The translations under genes were made by a program, and so were the position numbers. The notes beneath the pieces are model-generated. The model had not been told where the DNA came from. It saw nothing but the letters and a program-made list of their open reading frames with translations, and searched no databases. Below, piece by piece: positions 9,402 to 17,801 of a stretch of DNA of 51,192 nt (positions are counted from its first letter, which is position 1; the number at the start of each line of letters is the position of its first letter). Origin of the DNA: a virus (taxonomy: Duplodnaviria > Caudoviricetes); the IMG/VR virus record IMGVR_UViG_3300025132_000054, positions 1-51,192 of that record. The stretch is one strand, 5' to 3'.

Positions 9402-11759
9402 TTACCCCGGAAGTTGTGCATTCCCGTATGTCCGGGGCGATGCGTCAAACGATAAACCAACAAACTCCCAGAATCCGGTGCCTGTTATGCGGAACTTAAC
9501 AACTTCAGCCGAAGGCAGGTATATTTGAGCTCTTGTCCAGTACGGGCGACGACGGCGAAACTTTGCCCCTGGCTCCCCTAAGCGCGTCTTGCCCCACACT
9601 GAAGGCTCGTCTACGTTGGTGAAGCGGTCAATCGTAACTTCCTCTACAACATCTTCGCGCCAATCCCGCATGACCTCAATCTTCACGGAATCTATCTCCG
9701 TCTCCCTGAACCAAAGGTAGATGGTGGGGATGGTCTCCTTGCGTTTAGACTGGAAGCCCTGCATCCATACTGTCTCGATCTTGGACTCGCGTGTGTCAGA
9801 TAGAGTTCTAAGGCCCCTGTGAGTTCTTGAGGCGGCATGGTCGAGCAAGAACACTCCGTCACCCCCTTCTTGGCCTGAGACGCTTCCTGCGGCCAATAAG
9901 TACGCCCTGTGGTCGTCGGTGACGCACACATCTCGAGGCTGAAAATCTGTGCGCGTTCTCCACAAATCCCCGGAATATGTAAGGCACAGATTGTTTTCGA
10001 CCGAACCGTCAGTCGAAACCCAGCATCGATACTCATTCGACATGCCGTCAAAAACAGAGCATGCTTGACTGAAGCGGGCGAGAGTAAATCTCTTCAACAG
10101 GCGGTTAAGAGGGGCAGACTCGAAAGAAATGGTGTTGCCGTCAAACGAATAGAACCCGCCGTAACTTAGCCAAATCACCCTACCATCGGGTAACGTCTGA
10201 AGCGAGTTCGGGGCCGCGCATCCTACTTCTCTGGAGATTGGCACTGCACTAAAGTCGCTGCCTTGGTTGAGTGCTGTAATCAAGAATGTGCTCGACGAGG
10301 TAAACGCCAGTAGGCCTCGGTCGCAGCGCCACAGGCCCGTGATCTCCCCACCCGACGCATCGGGATAGATGGAGTCGCCTTTTTGAAAAGTTCCCCACGC
10401 ACCAGGCTGTGAGAACCTAATCAGGCCCTCGTTGTCTCTGGTGTTAGCAATGAACAACCGGCCAAACGCAGCGCGACACAGCTTGAAGCGCGGCACCGGA
10501 ACAACGTCCATCAGCTTCGCGCCGAGGTACGAATCGGACATGTTGTCCGGGTAGATGGTGGTGATGTTGTCCTGCAGCGTGGCAAACGTCGTAAACGTGG
10601 CCGACGTGTTCTGAGGCAAGGCGTAGTACCCAGCATCACCAGAGTTAATCAGGTCTTTGGTTCTGTAGAGGTTGCGTCCGACGCAGTGGTCAGGACCGGT
10701 GGATATTCCAGTCCACGCAAGTTGAAACTTCAAGTTTTCAGGAGCGACATTTTCTTTGGTTTCTGCCGATATAAAATCAAACTTGTCGCGCACACGGGTT
10801 TCTGTACCTTGCCGGTCACAACCAACGGGCGCACTCGCCTCTGAAGGCGCGGACAGATTGCCAAAGACATCAATGTACTGCACCTTGCAACGCCACTCGC
10901 CCGCGTCAAGCAGGCCTGCGGCATACGGCGTATCGCTGCTCCCACCATCCATGAGGTAAGGGTTCACAGTTCCAATGCGGCCCTTCTTAAAGCCATACTG
11001 CATGCCGGAAGGGTTGTTTTTATTCCTAGCAATCCACAGGCCTGTGTGCGCGTAGCCTGTGTCATTTATGCCGTCAGTAAGGTCTTCGCCGCCACGGAAA
11101 AAGTCAGTGGTGCTTTCCGGTCCCGACGACATCGGGGTTGACGGGGTCTCGCTGAACCCGAGAGGTGCGATGATGTGGCCGTCGTAGAAGTAGGCTCGAC
11201 CATTTTGCGGAACGATAACAACCCCGTTACCTACCGTCTCAAACTGCGTAGGAAAGCTGGGCGACTCATCGTCAGGCAGTTCGCCTTTCAGCCCGTGTGC
11301 TGACGCGGGGTTGCTAATAAGCCGACGCCAGTCCCTTTTCCAACCGCGAAACTCCCACAACTCATTAGACGTGTGGAGCAGAAGTACATCACGCTCGCCG
11401 CCTTGAAGTACCGCATGGTGGATGCCGTGCTGCAGCTTACCGTACAGAGGTAGCGACGAATCACAAACATCAAACGGGGCGGTTGCTTTCGGCTCATCGT
11501 AAGCAAAGCTCTTGATAGATCGAGGCTGACCTCCGGGAGCAACAAGAGCAGTACCGTCCTGCGCAAGCAAAGGCGTCTTCTGAGGGACGTAAACCGCAGG
11601 CCCCCACGCAGACCGAAGAGTTCCTTCCTCAAGGCTGTACATGTTGACGATTTCGTGAGCGAGCTCATTCGGTAGAATCAGCCCGTCATCTTGGCCTCGG
11701 ATAAAGTACGCGCTCTCAGAGCCGGAAGGTCGTTCGCGGCGGTTCTTTAAGTAGGCCAT
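9402..11759 (-). CDS. tail tubular/nozzle protein (P22 gp10 / T7 gp12-like DNA stabilization protein)
   Basis: 785 aa; propeller-like motifs 'GRLFIA..IRFSQPG', 'GEITGL', 'VGCAAPNS', 'WLSYGGFYSFDG'; position after the adaptor. Confidence 0.65.
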   Translation of the reverse strand: MAYLKNRRERPSGSESAYFIRGQDDGLILPNELAHEIVNMYSLEEGTLRSAWGPAVYVPQKTPLLAQDGTALVAPGGQPRSIKSFAYDEPKATAPFDVCDSSLPLYGKLQHGIHHAVLQGGERDVLLLHTSNELWEFRGWKRDWRRLISNPASAHGLKGELPDDESPSFPTQFETVGNGVVIVPQNGRAYFYDGHIIAPLGFSETPSTPMSSGPESTTDFFRGGEDLTDGINDTGYAHTGLWIARNKNNPSGMQYGFKKGRIGTVNPYLMDGGSSDTPYAAGLLDAGEWRCKVQYIDVFGNLSAPSEASAPVGCDRQGTETRVRDKFDFISAETKENVAPENLKFQLAWTGISTGPDHCVGRNLYRTKDLINSGDAGYYALPQNTSATFTTFATLQDNITTIYPDNMSDSYLGAKLMDVVPVPRFKLCRAAFGRLFIANTRDNEGLIRFSQPGAWGTFQKGDSIYPDASGGEITGLWRCDRGLLAFTSSSTFLITALNQGSDFSAVPISREVGCAAPNSLQTLPDGRVIWLSYGGFYSFDGNTISFESAPLNRLLKRFTLARFSQACSVFDGMSNEYRCWVSTDGSVENNLCLTYSGDLWRTRTDFQPRDVCVTDDHRAYLLAAGSVSGQEGGDGVFLLDHAASRTHRGLRTLSDTRESKIETVWMQGFQSKRKETIPTIYLWFRETEIDSVKIEVMRDWREDVVEEVTIDRFTNVDEPSVWGKTRLGEPGAKFRRRRPYWTRAQIYLPSAEVVKFRITGTGFWEFVGLSFDASPRTYGNAQLPG

Positions 11760-11762
11760 GAT

Positions 11763-12080
11763 TTAACTCTTTTTTCTGGGTCGCCCCACGCTTGTCTTTG
11801 TCCGCCGCACAGGAGGCTTCGGCTCTGGCTTCGGCTCTGGCTTCGGCTCTGGTTTCTCAATAACCAAAGGCGCTGGCTTTGCAATCAGCTCAAGCTTTGC
11901 CAAGCGGTCTTTGTTGTGATTCGTAACCAGCTCAGGCTTGAAGCCGGTCCAGTAAATCAGACCGGACTGCTCGTTACCGTTGATAGTCAAAGCCACCATT
12001 AGGCCGTGCCTTTCAACGTCATTTGAATCCAACTGCTTGTATACCGCACCACAGATAAGCGGTGTATCTTCTTTACCCAT
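11763..12080 (-). CDS. hypothetical protein with PEPK repeats and a basic tail
   Basis: 105 aa overlapping the upstream stop. Confidence 0.65.
   Translation of the reverse strand: MGKEDTPLICGAVYKQLDSNDVERHGLMVALTINGNEQSGLIYWTGFKPELVTNHNKDRLAKLELIAKPAPLVIEKPEPKPEPKPEPKPPVRRTKTSVGRPRKKS
11815..11850. repeat. coding tandem repeat GGCTTCGGCTCT x3 (PEPK)
   Basis: three exact 12-bp units. Confidence 0.85.
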
Positions 12081-13968
12081 CGACTACTCCCCCCAGGTCA
12101 TCGCTTGAAAGTCTACGGTTCCATCGGCGGTTCGTTCTGATGCCGGTGGCCCGTGTCATTGTGCGTAACACAGGTGCGGAGGGTGGGCGAAGATCGCCGT
12201 ATCTTTTTGTGAGAGTAAAGAGAAGTTCTTGATAACGAGCAGTGCTGTAGTCAGACCGGGCCGTCTGCCCCATGTTTTCATACAAGTACACCATCGCCTT
12301 TTCGATCAAGACGTTGGTCGCTTCTGCATGCACTAGAGGAACGTCTTGGTCCGCCGTCAACTCTTCAGGACGGATGACGCCTCGGATGTCAACGACATAC
12401 CGCTGGTCAGGCTTAGGGTAAAACTGGATTGTTTGATACCCGTGAATGTCCCGCAGCCTGCGGCTGTAATCAGGTAGAAACTCACCATTGTCGTACCACA
12501 CGCCCGAGTTGTTGCTATCTGCACGGAACTCTGACAATAAATAAAAAGCGTTGTCCGAATCTAGCTGAGACTGCTGGAGGCCGTCAGCGGCGTTCTCAAG
12601 CAACCCGTAGTCGTTCATGTTCGCGTCAATGCGACGACGATAGATGCGGATGTAAACACCGCTTTGATCAAGGCTCTGCCTGCTGTGAGACCCAAACTTA
12701 GTCAGGAAGCCCAGTGCATATGTGATGTTTGGAAGCGACAGCTTGATTGCCGCAAACTCATCCCCGACTCGAGCAACGGTCATTGCGTTTGATACCGGAG
12801 ACGGTGGAGATTCAAATCGTGGTGTTCTAAACCTATTTCGCGACGGATTGCCGCCAGATGCCGACGTGCTCGCGCTTGGAAACTGGGTGGTGCTATCAAT
12901 CGTTAACGGCTGGGCAAAGCCCTCCCAACTGCCGAGGCCTGGGAGTTGGAACTCTACATCCCGCTTGCCCCAAGAGTAGGTCACGCGGTACTCAAACGTG
13001 CCCGCAGGTTCAGGACCAAGCCACTTGTTATCAATCGCGGTTGCGCCAGCATCGCTGGCAAGGTCAGGCCCGGTGTGAGAGCCTGCGCTTGGGTCAATGT
13101 TGACCTCGCCCCGTCTTTTTGCCTGCTCCCTCGTAATGTCAGACGAGCCGGGTTTTTTTAAGTCGGGAATATTTTTAGAGTCAAAAACATTTGGATTGGT
13201 CAGGGCTGGAGACGCTACTGGAGCAGAGCTCGGGCCGCGCATGTGGACATGACTGCGGCGAAAAATGACGCGGGGGATGCCCGAAGCAACCTGTGACGGG
13301 GGTCCGTCAAGTTGCAGGTCTTCGGATTCTCGTTGACCAAAAACATCCAAAGGATAGTTGTTGGTATTGTCGCGAAGGCGGGCAGTGCTCAACTGAATCA
13401 AATCGTCGGGCAGCGCGTAGGCTTCAGTAAAAATACGGTACTTGAATCCGACAAACCCGTCAATGGTTGCGGTGCCCGAACCATTTTGGATGTCCCAAGG
13501 TGTGGCCAACGTAAAATAGTAATGACTGTCTGTGGCACTAAGCCATACAGAACGGATTTGATTACGGATTTTTGTTCCGTCCGCAAGCGTAATCTCAATC
13601 ATTCGACCGTCCCAAGAACGATCGTACTTCCACGCGGTCAGCTCGTCAGCATTAGCCGCTTGCTGAGTCTGTGTGTAAGTAGTCCGCCAAGTCCACGGGT
13701 CTTTCGTAGCCGGAGCGCCTGGTAGAGTGTTTGCGCCAGCAAGTTGGACGCGGTCGCCAGCCACGCCCTCTTTGCCTGCTTTAGACTCGACATCCGGCTC
13801 TGTGGCCAAATGCACCTTGGACTCAAAGAAGAGAAACGGAGCTTCTAAGGCTAACTGATTGTAGGCCCTATTGATGAAGCTATTAGCGCGAGAGATCGCC
13901 TCAGACGACTGGGTCGGTGCCCAGTCCGCCTGGGCGAACATCGCGTTCCGAATCTCTTTGAGATTCAT
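12073..13968 (-). CDS. head-tail adaptor-like protein with a large insertion
   Basis: N-terminal 'MNLKEIRN...FINRAYNQL', 'YALPDD' and C-terminal 'IQFYPKPD...DVPLVH...LIEKA' are adaptor-type motifs; lies after capsid/decoration genes. Confidence 0.55.
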   Translation of the reverse strand: MNLKEIRNAMFAQADWAPTQSSEAISRANSFINRAYNQLALEAPFLFFESKVHLATEPDVESKAGKEGVAGDRVQLAGANTLPGAPATKDPWTWRTTYTQTQQAANADELTAWKYDRSWDGRMIEITLADGTKIRNQIRSVWLSATDSHYYFTLATPWDIQNGSGTATIDGFVGFKYRIFTEAYALPDDLIQLSTARLRDNTNNYPLDVFGQRESEDLQLDGPPSQVASGIPRVIFRRSHVHMRGPSSAPVASPALTNPNVFDSKNIPDLKKPGSSDITREQAKRRGEVNIDPSAGSHTGPDLASDAGATAIDNKWLGPEPAGTFEYRVTYSWGKRDVEFQLPGLGSWEGFAQPLTIDSTTQFPSASTSASGGNPSRNRFRTPRFESPPSPVSNAMTVARVGDEFAAIKLSLPNITYALGFLTKFGSHSRQSLDQSGVYIRIYRRRIDANMNDYGLLENAADGLQQSQLDSDNAFYLLSEFRADSNNSGVWYDNGEFLPDYSRRLRDIHGYQTIQFYPKPDQRYVVDIRGVIRPEELTADQDVPLVHAEATNVLIEKAMVYLYENMGQTARSDYSTARYQELLFTLTKRYGDLRPPSAPVLRTMTRATGIRTNRRWNRRLSSDDLGGVVDG

Positions 13969-13971
13969 CTA

Positions 13972-14481
13972 CTAGCCTCGGCAGTCGATGTAACACGATG
14001 CTGTGGCGTCTGCGGCTGCGTCGGCCAAGGCAAAGCCCCAAGGGCCTGAGATGCCGTGCTCGGTCGAAGTCGCATCCTGCGCTTCCGCAATGCTTTTAAA
14101 CTCCATGGCCTTGCCATTGTCGGTGGTGTCAACGCAGACGCCTTCGTTTACGTCGAGTGTGCCTGTGCCAGCGAGAACGCTGCCGATTCCACGACGTAGA
14201 ATGAAGCCAAACTCTCCGGCAGCAATCGCGTGCTGGGCTACACCAACAACCCGTGATGCGGGAGACTCTTTGACGGCGACCTTAACGAGATAGGTCGCTG
14301 TGGCGTCCTTCCGCATTGCAACTGTGCCGACAGCGAGAGTGTCTTCTGCGTTGACGTAGATCCACTCTTGCAATCCGTTGTCACCGTCAGGGACGGTAAG
14401 AATGAATCCAAGGGGTGCTTGAGCACCCTCTACGGCAGTAGTGACTGTAGTCGGGCTAATGCCCGCTGCTGTGAAACCCAT
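13972..14481 (-). CDS. capsid decoration/cement protein
   Basis: 169 aa directly after the major capsid gene; 'VVGVAQHAIAAGEFGFI..G' motif. Confidence 0.6.
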   Translation of the reverse strand: MGFTAAGISPTTVTTAVEGAQAPLGFILTVPDGDNGLQEWIYVNAEDTLAVGTVAMRKDATATYLVKVAVKESPASRVVGVAQHAIAAGEFGFILRRGIGSVLAGTGTLDVNEGVCVDTTDNGKAMEFKSIAEAQDATSTEHGISGPWGFALADAAADATASCYIDCRG

Positions 14482-14491
14482 GAGATCCTCC

Positions 14492-15586
14492 TTATGGGGT
14501 GCCTGCGCCGGTGACGACGAAGTTGGAACGAAGCTGCGTAGTGTGGAGGCCCATCATGAGCACCAACTCGTAGCGGAAGATGTCTTGGTCAGGGATTCGG
14601 AACGGTCCACGGAGAGCAAAGTCGCCCTTCGTTTCGCGAGCCGCGTCGTGGCCAAGAGTGAACATGTGCCAAACCGAAGTCTTGAGGCCGTAGATGATAC
14701 CATCGCTCGCCGCAGTCGGGTTACCTGCGCCATCCTTGAAGGCTGCTGCAGATACGTCGATCGAGTCGTCGAGGAAGAAGTCAGCGTCGAGGAACTTAAC
14801 GCCCTGACGTACCAGAGGTGGAGCCTTGTCGCCCTCAACCTTGACCACGCGGACTTGATCGTCCAAGTCGTCGATGTAGTTGAGGTAGGAAGCCTCGTCA
14901 CCAATCATCAAATCAACAGGGCCAGCAGTCTTGCCTTGGCGCGATGCGGCGAAGTAAGCCTTACGCATTTGGCTGCGACCGTTGACAGCGAACGAGCTGA
15001 TGTCTTCGTACTGGTTGTTCCAGCCGCTGATAGCGCCTGCACCTGCACCTGCGCACTTCAGTCCGTGGACTGTCTTGGCAGAAGAAGCGGAGATCTGCAG
15101 AATACCATCGCGAGCAGTGCCGTCTGGGTTGAACGTCGTGTTGCCGTTCAGGGTGGCGAAGCCGCCAACTTGGTTGCCGTTTCCTGTTCCAAGCTGATCG
15201 GAGATCCGCTCATGGAAGTCAGACAGAGCCAACTCTGGGTAGTGCTGAAGGATTCGTGCGAGGTCCATCTCGCCGTTGGCTTCAGCCAAGTCCTTGCCGG
15301 GAACGTCGAACGCATAGATGAGACGTGGTGCAAGCACGTTGCCTCGGTGCGCATTCTGCGAACGTCCACCTGCGATAACTTCAGAACCGGTGTTGACTTG
15401 CGTCACAGTACCTGGACCATCGGTTACAACAGCAAACTCGCGGCGTGGGCCTTTGAGTGTGTCACGGGTCATATTCCCGTTCAACATGATTTTTTCCATC
15501 AAGGGGTGAAACTTGACGAACATTTCACTGTACGAAGGCATAAGCTCATTGAGCGCCGTCGCCAGTACGTCGGGTGAGATGGCCAT
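14492..15586 (-). CDS. major capsid protein
   Basis: 364 aa after the scaffold; strong AGGAGG RBS; strong codon bias; HK97-fold-like size and layout. Confidence 0.75.
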   Translation of the reverse strand: MAISPDVLATALNELMPSYSEMFVKFHPLMEKIMLNGNMTRDTLKGPRREFAVVTDGPGTVTQVNTGSEVIAGGRSQNAHRGNVLAPRLIYAFDVPGKDLAEANGEMDLARILQHYPELALSDFHERISDQLGTGNGNQVGGFATLNGNTTFNPDGTARDGILQISASSAKTVHGLKCAGAGAGAISGWNNQYEDISSFAVNGRSQMRKAYFAASRQGKTAGPVDLMIGDEASYLNYIDDLDDQVRVVKVEGDKAPPLVRQGVKFLDADFFLDDSIDVSAAAFKDGAGNPTAASDGIIYGLKTSVWHMFTLGHDAARETKGDFALRGPFRIPDQDIFRYELVLMMGLHTTQLRSNFVVTGAGTP

Positions 15587-16467
15587 TAGGCCCTCCTTTT
15601 ACTAGAGTTCAGAGCATTACGCGCAACATGTTTTCGCCAGTCCGCCAAGGACATCGCCCCAGTATTCGTCGTTTCCACCTGCTCGGGGGAGCGGCTGGGG
15701 GTTGTGGCCCCTGACGTTAACTTGGCACCAGGCCGAGGTTGAGGTGAGCGCATCTTCGTACCACGCGCAAGCTTGAGCGCATACGAATCTGGGACACCAT
15801 CTGCCTTTGCCTGTTTTGCAACCTCAAGAACATTCTGTGGAAGGCGCGAGGCTTCCGCAGCGGTCTCGAGATCCCAGCCCTCTTCGAGCAGGTCTGCAAA
15901 AGTATTCGCTAGAGCCTCGTCATTAAACAGGTCCGTGTTCGATTCTTGAAAGGCTTGAGCAAAACGCTCGGCCTCTGCCTCGATGGACTTGTTGACGCTC
16001 TCTACGAAAAGTTTGTTGTCAGATTCTAGTGCGGCAAACTTTGCCTCTAGAACACTGTGTTTTTGCTCCCAATCTTTCAACTGCCCAGAATACTGCTCAA
16101 CTCGCGGGTCTTCTTTGCCGCTAATCAAGGCCTCATATAAACTGTGCTGCTGTTCAATCTGTTGCCGCTGTTGGTCTAGCGCCGCTTGGTGGCGAGACCC
16201 ATAGTAGCCGTTAAACTTGTCGCCCCAACCACGGAGTTGCTCGGGCAGTTTATCAAACTCGCCGTCCCAAGAGTCCCAGCCAAAGTCGTCTGCAGAAGGA
16301 AAAGAGACGGGGGCAGGCTCCTCAGAATCTGTGTCGGCGGAGAGGGAGAGCTCCGAAGTGGCAGGCGCTTCATCGGAAGCGGTATCAACCGGGGCCGCAT
16401 CAACAGAAGCGTCAACTGCCTCGGATACGGGGGCCTCTGCCCCCGCCTCAAAACCTTCTTCTTGCAT
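15586..16467 (-). CDS. capsid scaffolding protein
   Basis: acidic N-terminus, coiled coil and basic C-terminal helix; immediately upstream of the major capsid gene. Confidence 0.65.
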   Translation of the reverse strand: MQEEGFEAGAEAPVSEAVDASVDAAPVDTASDEAPATSELSLSADTDSEEPAPVSFPSADDFGWDSWDGEFDKLPEQLRGWGDKFNGYYGSRHQAALDQQRQQIEQQHSLYEALISGKEDPRVEQYSGQLKDWEQKHSVLEAKFAALESDNKLFVESVNKSIEAEAERFAQAFQESNTDLFNDEALANTFADLLEEGWDLETAAEASRLPQNVLEVAKQAKADGVPDSYALKLARGTKMRSPQPRPGAKLTSGATTPSRSPEQVETTNTGAMSLADWRKHVARNALNSSKRRA

Positions 16468-16799
16468 TAGTCCTCCCCTTCCTCATCTTTTGGGAGAGCT
16501 TTTTTAGCCGCAATAACAGTCATGCGGCGGACCTTCATGCGAGGACTTTCATTTGGACTTGGAGCTCCCATCCCTGGGGGCATCATGTCCATCAAGTCGT
16601 CCATAGGTTCTTCTTCTCCCTCATCTTCTGGACCCATGTCTTCCGGCATTTCCTCGGAATACATCTCGTCATCCATCCCCGCGCCAGGGTCTGTGACGGT
16701 CACGCCGTAGCCGCACTCTTGCATCAGCTCTTCCAACTCCGCAAAGTTGCTGGGAGGATTCTCGTTGAGCATTCGGATTAGTTTGTCTTGAGCTGGCAT
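16467..16799 (-). CDS. acidic Met/Pro-rich hypothetical protein
   Basis: 110 aa; GAGG RBS; TAATG coupling to the scaffold gene. Confidence 0.65.
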   Translation of the reverse strand: MPAQDKLIRMLNENPPSNFAELEELMQECGYGVTVTDPGAGMDDEMYSEEMPEDMGPEDEGEEEPMDDLMDMMPPGMGAPSPNESPRMKVRRMTVIAAKKALPKDEEGED

Positions 16800-16817
16800 G
16801 GATACCTCATGATGTCT

Positions 16818-17234
16818 TTAGTGGACATATATTTGCTTGTCAACCTTGCCAGCGCGTTTAGCTTTTTCTTTTTTGCGCTTGGCTTTTCTGTCAGCATGGT
16901 CTCGGTAGCCCATCTTGCGCGCCCGTTTTTCAGCTTTTTCCGCGACGGCGTCTCGGTGCTTTCTCCATTCCGAAGAGTCTGCCGAAACAATCTGGCAATC
17001 AGGGTTCTTACGCTGATAGTCTCGCCACTCGGCGCTTGACTCAAACGTGCGGCCCACTTGCTTTACAACAAGGGGCTTAGACGGAAGTGGTCCGATGAGG
17101 GCAACATCGCCGATGACTGTGGTCATTAAAGCACCACACTCAGGACAGGTTGTTTTGCCGTGGTCTGCAAGCGGTACAAAGATGTCGTTAAAATAACCAC
17201 ACCCGTCAGGACACTTGAAATCATACATCGGCAT
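16818..17234 (-). CDS. FmdB-family zinc-ribbon protein
   Basis: MPMYDFKCPDGCG...CPECG; the portal-FmdB-scaffold order is common in phages. Confidence 0.75.
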   Translation of the reverse strand: MPMYDFKCPDGCGYFNDIFVPLADHGKTTCPECGALMTTVIGDVALIGPLPSKPLVVKQVGRTFESSAEWRDYQRKNPDCQIVSADSSEWRKHRDAVAEKAEKRARKMGYRDHADRKAKRKKEKAKRAGKVDKQIYVH

Positions 17235-17392
17235 TAGCTGGCTCCCTTCTTTTTGTAGCCGCCTTTCGGGCCTAGTCGCCCGGATTTTGCCATAGAGTGC
17301 GCAATAGCGGAAGACTGCTGGATGCCTTTGCCTTCCGACCGAAGTTTCTTAAACTTGGCGCGAACAGCTTTTTTACGGGCGTCTGTAACCAA
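17234..17392 (-). CDS. small basic protein, 52 aa (MVTDARKKAVRAKFKKLRSEGKGIQQSSAIAHSMAKSG...)
   Basis: TTG start after AAGGA; stop overlaps the next ATG (TAATG); below the ORF-track length cutoff. Confidence 0.6.
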   Translation of the reverse strand: MVTDARKKAVRAKFKKLRSEGKGIQQSSAIAHSMAKSGRLGPKGGYKKKGAS

Positions 17393-17394
17393 GG

Positions 17395-17481
17395 CTAGTC
17401 CTTCTTCTTGCGGACCAGCGGGACCACAAGACGAAGAACAGAGCCTACAATATCAAGGATTTTCTTGACGGGTACACGCAT
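17395..17481 (-). CDS. 28-aa amphipathic peptide (MRVPVKKILDIVGSVLRLVVPLVRKKKD)
   Basis: TAATG coupling with the upstream stop; fills the gap exactly. Confidence 0.55.
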   Translation of the reverse strand: MRVPVKKILDIVGSVLRLVVPLVRKKKD

Positions 17482-17792
17482 TACTTCTTCAAGGGAATCT
17501 TGGGCTTGCCACCACCGCCGGAGGGCTTGCCACCACCGCCGGGGGGCAGCTTCGGCTTTGTCTTCTGCTTTGCCGCGTGTGCTGTTGTTCTGGCCTTTTC
17601 GGTCGAGGCGCGCTTCTGGTCACCAGCAGCCTTGCGTTCATCACGGGCTGTCTGTCCCTTCTTGCGAACACTTTGGACTGGCCCCTTGAGTGTGCCCAAC
17701 GCAATCTTCGATGCGCGCATACGCCCAGCACGGCTAAATGGCTTGGCCTTGGTGTATTCTTTTTTTGCTTCTTGTTCTTTCTTGGTAGCCAT
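17481..17792 (-). CDS. highly basic small protein
   Basis: 103 aa, K/R-rich; AGGAG RBS. Confidence 0.65.
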   Translation of the reverse strand: MATKKEQEAKKEYTKAKPFSRAGRMRASKIALGTLKGPVQSVRKKGQTARDERKAAGDQKRASTEKARTTAHAAKQKTKPKLPPGGGGKPSGGGGKPKIPLKK

Positions 17793-17801
17793 AAGATTCT
17801 C

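Noticed and set aside
14441-15577. 378-aa plus-strand ORF antisense to the major capsid gene
   Set aside because: Shadow ORF expected from the strong codon bias of the capsid gene; no RBS or recognisable motifs
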